This document shows, in pieces, positions 59,615 to 64,000 of a DNA stretch of 64,000 nt. Source of the DNA: an uncultured Methanosarcinales archaeon (lineage in GTDB: Archaea > Nanobdellota > Nanobdellia > Woesearchaeales > UBA12501); the NCBI GenBank assembly GCA_964459835.1, contig CAYWPA010000002.1, forward strand, positions 48,711 through 112,710, given 5' to 3'. The translations under genes and the position numbers were made by a program. The notes below the pieces were generated by a model. That model was not told the DNA's origin. It saw only the letters and a program-made list of their open reading frames with translations, and did not search any database. How positions within the stretch are numbered: the first letter of the stretch is position 1; each line of letters opens with the position of its first letter.

Positions 59615-60235
59615 TTAATCTTCTGCAGACTCTCCCCCTTCTCTCCTGATAACCCTGATGGCATCCATCTTCAGCGTTATAGGGATAGGAACTGCTGCTT
59701 CAAGAAGCTCAACAATGACTTCTTCCTTGCCCTTGTCAACTCTTGTAATCTTGCACTTCTCTCTCTTGAAAGGCCCTGAAATTATTTCAGCAATATCATT
59801 TTTCATTATGTTAACTTCCTGCTTGATAACCTCAAGCATATGGGCCATTTCCTTATATTCAACAGGCGCAGATAATATTCCGCGTGCATAAGGAATTCCA
59901 TGTGCAGCAATCTCTGCGTCCTCTTTTGTAGGTGTTTCCAAAAATATATATCCTCTCATTCCGTGAGGCCTTATTACAGAATAAACATTAAGCTTTTTCT
60001 TTGCTGCATTTGAGCTTATAAAATCCATAACCTGGTCTTCCCTGTTTGCAGTTGTTCTCAGTGCAAAAATCTTTGTTTCCTTCAAGCCTTCTTCTTCAGG
60101 CTTTTCTTCTTTCTTCTCAATCAAAGGCCCGATTTCTTCAAGCTCCTGGACTTCCATAGGCTTTATCTTGGGCAACTCAGCCTTTGGCTTTTCTTCCATC
60201 TTGAATTTGATTTCTTCTTTCTTTTGTTCTGCCAT
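59615..60235 (-). CDS. spt5: transcription elongation factor Spt5 (NusG homolog) with acidic N-terminal extension
   Basis: NGN domain (IFALRTTANREDQV), then KOW (GPFKREKCKITRVDKGKEEVIVEL). Confidence 0.8.
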   Translation of the reverse strand: MAEQKKEEIKFKMEEKPKAELPKIKPMEVQELEEIGPLIEKKEEKPEEEGLKETKIFALRTTANREDQVMDFISSNAAKKKLNVYSVIRPHGMRGYIFLETPTKEDAEIAAHGIPYARGILSAPVEYKEMAHMLEVIKQEVNIMKNDIAEIISGPFKREKCKITRVDKGKEEVIVELLEAAVPIPITLKMDAIRVIRREGGESAED

Positions 60236-60236
60236 C

Positions 60237-60425
60237 TTAAAATACCAGCTCCTTTATGAAAAATATCAAAAACCCGACAATCCCTATGATTGTCATTCCC
60301 AAGCCTGACACCTTGACAATTGTCTTGAACTCAAGCATTGAGGGCTTTTTTGTGACTTTCAGTACTCTAATGCACCCATCTACATACCTTTTGATCCTGT
60401 ATTGCCAAGAAATATTCCCTTCCAT
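60237..60425 (-). CDS. secE: preprotein translocase subunit SecE (Sec61 gamma)
   Basis: 62 aa with a single C-terminal TM helix and the conserved secE-nusG/spt5 gene order. Confidence 0.7.
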   Translation of the reverse strand: MEGNISWQYRIKRYVDGCIRVLKVTKKPSMLEFKTIVKVSGLGMTIIGIVGFLIFFIKELVF

Positions 60426-60426
60426 T

Positions 60427-61599
60427 TTAATCTAAAAATTCAATCCCCAACTCGTTCTGAATGCTTTCCTTTTTTTTCCCTAATCTTTTTGTATCTGGCC
60501 CAAAGATCTGGGTTGATTTTACCCCTGTGATTATCAAAAGCACCCTTATTATATTTGAAAGGTCCTCTGAAATCTGAGCTCCCCATATAACTCTCGCGTC
60601 TTCATCAAGCTTTTCTGTTATTGTTTCAACAATTTTTCTTGCTTCATCTAATGTCATGTCTGTTCCGCCTGTAATGTTGATCAATGCCCCATTAGCGCCT
60701 GAGACATCCACACTTAGCAATGGGTTTGATATTGCTTTTTCAACAGCTTCCACAGACCTGTTCTCTGTGTCGCTTTCTCCTACCCCTATCAAAGCAACTC
60801 CTCCATTGCCCATGACAGTCCTTATGTCAGCAAAGTCAAGGTTTACAAGGCCTGCTTTTGTTACAAGCTCTGCTATTCCCTTTACTGCATTTGTAAGTAT
60901 TTCATCTGCAATCTTAAAGGCGGTATGCAACGGAAGGTCAGGGGCAAGCTCAAGCAGCTTGTCGTTAGGGATAACTATCAAAGTATCCACAGCACTTTCC
61001 ATTTTTTCCAACCCAATAATTGCGTTTTCATATCTTCTTTTTCCTTCCATTGAGAAAGGCAAAGTTACAATTCCAACTGTCAATGCGCCCATTTTTTTTG
61101 AAAGCTCTGCAACAATGGGAGCTGAGCCTGTACCTGTTCCGCCTCCCAATCCACATGTTACAAAAACAATATCAGCGCCTTTCAAGGACTCTTTTATTTC
61201 TGCTTCCTGCTCTTTTGCAGCCTCTTCCCCTATTTTTGGTATGCTTCCTGCGCCCAATCCTTTTGTGGTTTCCTTTCCGATCAGTATTTTTTTGTCTGCG
61301 CTTGTATATAGCAAATCCTGGGCATCTGTATTGATGGCAATCGATTCAGCTCCTTTAATGCCGACTTCTGTTATCCTGTTGATCGTATTGTTTCCTCCTC
61401 CACCACATCCTACTACTTTTATCGTAGCCCTTTGCCTTGAAAGCAGCATCTCAAGCTCTGTATCGATATTGCTTGTTTTGCTGGCTTCCTCAACAACAGG
61501 CCTTCCGCCTACAGTAGGCCCTCTAGGAACCTGGTGATATGTTTCCTTATTTGGAGCTTCTTCAGAATGATTCTGCTGGTTTTGGTTCATGAAATCCAT
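60427..61599 (-). CDS. ftsZ: cell division GTPase FtsZ
   Basis: GCGGGGNN..., tubulin signature GGGTGTG, and T7 loop NLDFAD. Confidence 0.9.
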   Translation of the reverse strand: MDFMNQNQQNHSEEAPNKETYHQVPRGPTVGGRPVVEEASKTSNIDTELEMLLSRQRATIKVVGCGGGGNNTINRITEVGIKGAESIAINTDAQDLLYTSADKKILIGKETTKGLGAGSIPKIGEEAAKEQEAEIKESLKGADIVFVTCGLGGGTGTGSAPIVAELSKKMGALTVGIVTLPFSMEGKRRYENAIIGLEKMESAVDTLIVIPNDKLLELAPDLPLHTAFKIADEILTNAVKGIAELVTKAGLVNLDFADIRTVMGNGGVALIGVGESDTENRSVEAVEKAISNPLLSVDVSGANGALINITGGTDMTLDEARKIVETITEKLDEDARVIWGAQISEDLSNIIRVLLIITGVKSTQIFGPDTKRLGKKKESIQNELGIEFLD

Positions 61600-61642
61600 T
61601 TTCTCCTCGACAGTGATTTAATGATTATACCTCTATATAAAT

Positions 61643-62299
61643 TTATTGATTGAATTTAACAGCCTTTACAGACGGTATAATTTTTCTTACATAATCGCTA
61701 ATCTGCTCAACAATGGGATCTGGGATTTTTATTTTTTGCTTTAGCTTTAGTTCTGCAACCCCTTCTTTTATGATGACTTCAATGTCTTTTACCTGAAGCT
61801 TCAGCCTTAGCAAAGCCCTTACCTTTTCCTCATCGCTTGTGACTATCTTATTGGCCTTTACTTTATATACAATATCCAGTCCAGCTAACGGATGGTTGAA
61901 GTCAACTAATGTTCTTCCACCGCTCACATTTTTTACAACCCCAAGTATTCCATCAATATTGACCTGCAATCCAGGAACAGGCCTTATGTTTTCTTTTGTA
62001 AACTTGCCCGTTGAAATAAGCTGCACAAGCTTTGGGTTTTTCTTTCCAAATGCATTTTCCGGCTTAAGCTCTATTTCATAGCTTTTTCCTGTTTCCTTTC
62101 CCTCAAGCTCTATGTCCAGGCCCTTGACAAGCTGCTTCTCGCCTATGCAAACAACTACAGGCCCATATTCTGTGTTTTGCATTGACAGCTCTGCATCTTT
62201 TGCAACAGCCTTGTCTGTTGTATCAAATATAAACTTGTTGTCCTTTACAATGCCTGTATACTCAAGCTCTACAAAATCGCCTTTCTTTATTGCCGCCAT
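61643..62299 (-). CDS. FKBP-type peptidyl-prolyl cis-trans isomerase (long archaeal SlyD-like form)
   Basis: GDFVELEYTGIVKDNKFIFDTT... FKBP domain plus insert-in-flap and C-terminal domains. Confidence 0.8.
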   Translation of the reverse strand: MAAIKKGDFVELEYTGIVKDNKFIFDTTDKAVAKDAELSMQNTEYGPVVVCIGEKQLVKGLDIELEGKETGKSYEIELKPENAFGKKNPKLVQLISTGKFTKENIRPVPGLQVNIDGILGVVKNVSGGRTLVDFNHPLAGLDIVYKVKANKIVTSDEEKVRALLRLKLQVKDIEVIIKEGVAELKLKQKIKIPDPIVEQISDYVRKIIPSVKAVKFNQ

Positions 62300-62405
62300 C
62301 GGATTGTTGTTCTTGTTTTACCTTCAACTAGCTCATGATTTTAAGCATAGAAGAATATATACAGGGTTTTGCAGTAGTATTTAAAGCTTTTGCTTCTTAT
62401 GCAAT

Positions 62406-62528
62406 GTCAACCTAAGTGCCAATGCTGCGCTTTGTACGCTTCTGTCTTTGTTCTCGCAATCAAGGCACTTTCGCAATCGCTTCCTGTTATAAGGCACGGC
62501 GCTTGGCAGCATTGGCACCTTTCTTGAC
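62406..62528 (+). repeat. hairpin repeat element copy D
   Basis: GTCAACCTAAGTGCCAATGCTGCGCTTTGTACG ... GGCGCTTGGCAGCATTGGCACCTTTCTTGAC. Ends exactly at the cmk stop codon. Confidence 0.7.
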
Positions 62529-63064
62529 TATATATGTTTCTTCACTGCTTTCAAAACCTCTTGTATTTCCTCTTCTATTGTTAGGTTTGTTGTGTCAATA
62601 ACATAATCATAATTTGACTTGTCGTAATGGTTAACATTATAGTATTCTTTATACCTTTTCATTTCTGACTTTATCCTTTCTGCAAGCTTGTTTACCATAT
62701 CCTGCCTTGTAAAAGCCTCTTCGTCATTTCTTCCCTGGTTTAATATTCTCTGCGCTCCTACTTCCAAATCAACATCCAGGAATATTTTTATTGATTTTGG
62801 AATAAAATGAAATCCCAGCCTGGAATCAATCACAAAATTATCCTCTCTTTCTCCAAGCCTTTTCTGCCGTTTGTCAACCTCAATGTCTATGCTTTTGTCC
62901 TGCTCCTCAAGCTCATTCAGCTCTGCCAGCGTGAGCCCTTTCTCCTCTGCAATCTCCCTTTGAAAATCACCCATAGAATAATGCTTCATGCCTAATCTAT
63001 TAGCCACTTCCTTTGCAACAGTGCTTTTTCCTGAGCCAGGCGCTCCGCCTATTGTTATTATCAT
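62528..63064 (-). CDS. cmk: cytidylate kinase, archaeal type (P-loop NMP kinase)
   Basis: MIITIGGAPGSGKSTVAKEVA, ~178 aa. Confidence 0.6.
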   Translation of the reverse strand: MIITIGGAPGSGKSTVAKEVANRLGMKHYSMGDFQREIAEEKGLTLAELNELEEQDKSIDIEVDKRQKRLGEREDNFVIDSRLGFHFIPKSIKIFLDVDLEVGAQRILNQGRNDEEAFTRQDMVNKLAERIKSEMKRYKEYYNVNHYDKSNYDYVIDTTNLTIEEEIQEVLKAVKKHI

Positions 63065-63082
63065 GGTTTAGGAAGGAGAAGT

Positions 63083-63493
63083 CTAGTTTAAAAAGTTTGT
63101 TTCAGGAAGCTCAACACTTGGAATATGACCAAATATATCAGGCTCTAGTAATATGCTAAGATCTAGTTTTACAGGGTTGTAAAAACCATACAAAGGCGAA
63201 TGAAATTCAATCGCATAATAAGGTATAGTTACTTCTATTGGTTCTGCTTCTTTTCTGGCAACAGGATTTGGTATTTTTGTTTCATACCCTGTGATTGATA
63301 TATCAAACATTTGCTGTGTTATTGATATTGGATGGTGGATTTCCTTTACACCATAAATTCTTATTATGTCAAGAGGAAAATATTTTAAACGCCAAAGAAC
63401 CTCAGCTTCTGGAAGCTGCTCCCATTCTTCTGGTATTTGCAGCTCTTTCAAAGCCCTTTTCAAAATTGTTCCTATATGCTGTGGTTCTCCCAT
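63083..63493 (-). CDS. hypothetical protein (136 aa)
   Basis: Complete ORF; unknown family. Confidence 0.4.
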   Translation of the reverse strand: MGEPQHIGTILKRALKELQIPEEWEQLPEAEVLWRLKYFPLDIIRIYGVKEIHHPISITQQMFDISITGYETKIPNPVARKEAEPIEVTIPYYAIEFHSPLYGFYNPVKLDLSILLEPDIFGHIPSVELPETNFLN

Positions 63494-63591
63494 TATTTTC
63501 CCCTAATCAAAACCAGTAAACAGGCATTTGCAGCCATATATAAACCTTTCCCATAATTTTAAATATAAACCATGCCTCCACCCCATGGAAA

Positions 63592-64000
63592 ATGTTAAGA
63601 CAAGGCTTAGCAGCGATACTGGCAGCAGGGGTTTTAACTACAGCAACGTTCAATAAAGCCCACGGCAGCATTCCTGAAGAGCATATTCCTTCTATTGAAG
63701 AAATAGCAAAAACAGATATTGATATTTCAAGGGAAAGGGTCAATGATACAGTAGGAAAAGTCCAAGGCATTACTCATCATGACATTGATGAAATTCTTGC
63801 AAAAATAGTTGTCAAGCAGATCAGAAGAATGTTTATTGTAAGGATGGTAAATGATGAAAATGATGATAGCAATTATTCTGATTCGCTTGTGTTTACAAAT
63901 CCCAAGCCGGAAGCAAATGAGCTCAATGAAATTTATGGAGAAATTAAGAATATAAGGCCTACAAATAATGCTGATATAAGTTATGATACTCTTATGGATT
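63592..64000 (+). CDS. secreted hypothetical protein, partial (runs off window end)
   Basis: Plus-strand ORF starting MLRQGLAAILAAGVLTTATF (signal peptide) with no stop before 64000. Preferred over the antisense ORF 63507..63770. Confidence 0.4.
   Translation, partial: MLRQGLAAILAAGVLTTATFNKAHGSIPEEHIPSIEEIAKTDIDISRERVNDTVGKVQGITHHDIDEILAKIVVKQIRRMFIVRMVNDENDDSNYSDSLVFTNPKPEANELNEIYGEIKNIRPTNNADISYDTLMD

Noticed and set aside
63507-63770. Minus-strand 87-aa ORF
   Set aside because: It overlaps a plus-strand ORF beginning at 63592 with a clear signal peptide that continues to the window end.

Overview
This 64 kb window is low-GC and gene-dense, and reads as a reduced archaeal genome of DPANN-like character. 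Archaeal hallmarks include RNase P protein Rpp21, ribosomal proteins L35Ae and L11, SecE-Spt5, PTH2, class I LysRS, archaeal DtdA, RpoL, LonB, PAC2, an intron-containing tRNA, ATP-dependent DNA ligase and a Hel308-type helicase. Housekeeping blocks are a lipid head-group cluster (carS-DUF212-pssA-psd plus a PHP phosphoesterase/CDP-alcohol transferase pair), a purine block (guaB, purA, guaA), gap-pgk with a bacterial-type class I GAPDH, and ftsZ-secE-spt5-rpl11. Other named genes include lon, gyrB, lysK, pth2, corA, drg, a P-type ATPase, a beta-CASP RNase, dtdA, an FKBP PPIase and cmk. Three tRNAs are present (Asn-GTT, Ile-GAT with a 78-nt intron, Arg-GCG). No rRNA and no CRISPR array were seen. 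Signs of genome decay or mosaicism are a Hel308 lacking its RecA1 half, a Dph2 N-terminal fragment, a uridine-kinase C-terminal fragment in frame behind a TGA stop, and a Cys-rich secreted gene broken by one in-frame TGA. Mobile or selfish features are a 432-aa HNH intein in gyrB, HicAB inserted between spt5 and rpl11, a YoeB-like toxin module, and a 1-kb metallopeptidase cassette flanked by perfect 22-bp direct repeats at the 3' end of an mnmC-like gene. Two unexplained DNA-level systems stand out: (i) a 4-copy family of ~125-138 bp intergenic hairpin elements with ~13-23 bp inverted termini (GTCAACCTAAGTGCCAATGCTGC ... GCAGCATTGGCACCTTTCTTGAC); (ii) a 4-copy ~28-bp palindromic motif (TTATTTTCYATATRGAAAATAATTA) lying 60-150 bp upstream of the rpl11, rpl35ae, gyrB and small-ORF promoters. 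A five-gene minus-strand operon (32346-39052) with two paralogous signal-peptide/multi-TM proteins bearing Gly/Pro/His-rich or coiled-coil tails, a PAC2 chaperone and a 674-aa Cys-rich secreted protein is the best candidate for an undescribed cell-surface/membrane system. A GxQxGxxN-repeat protein of bacterial flavour is also notable.
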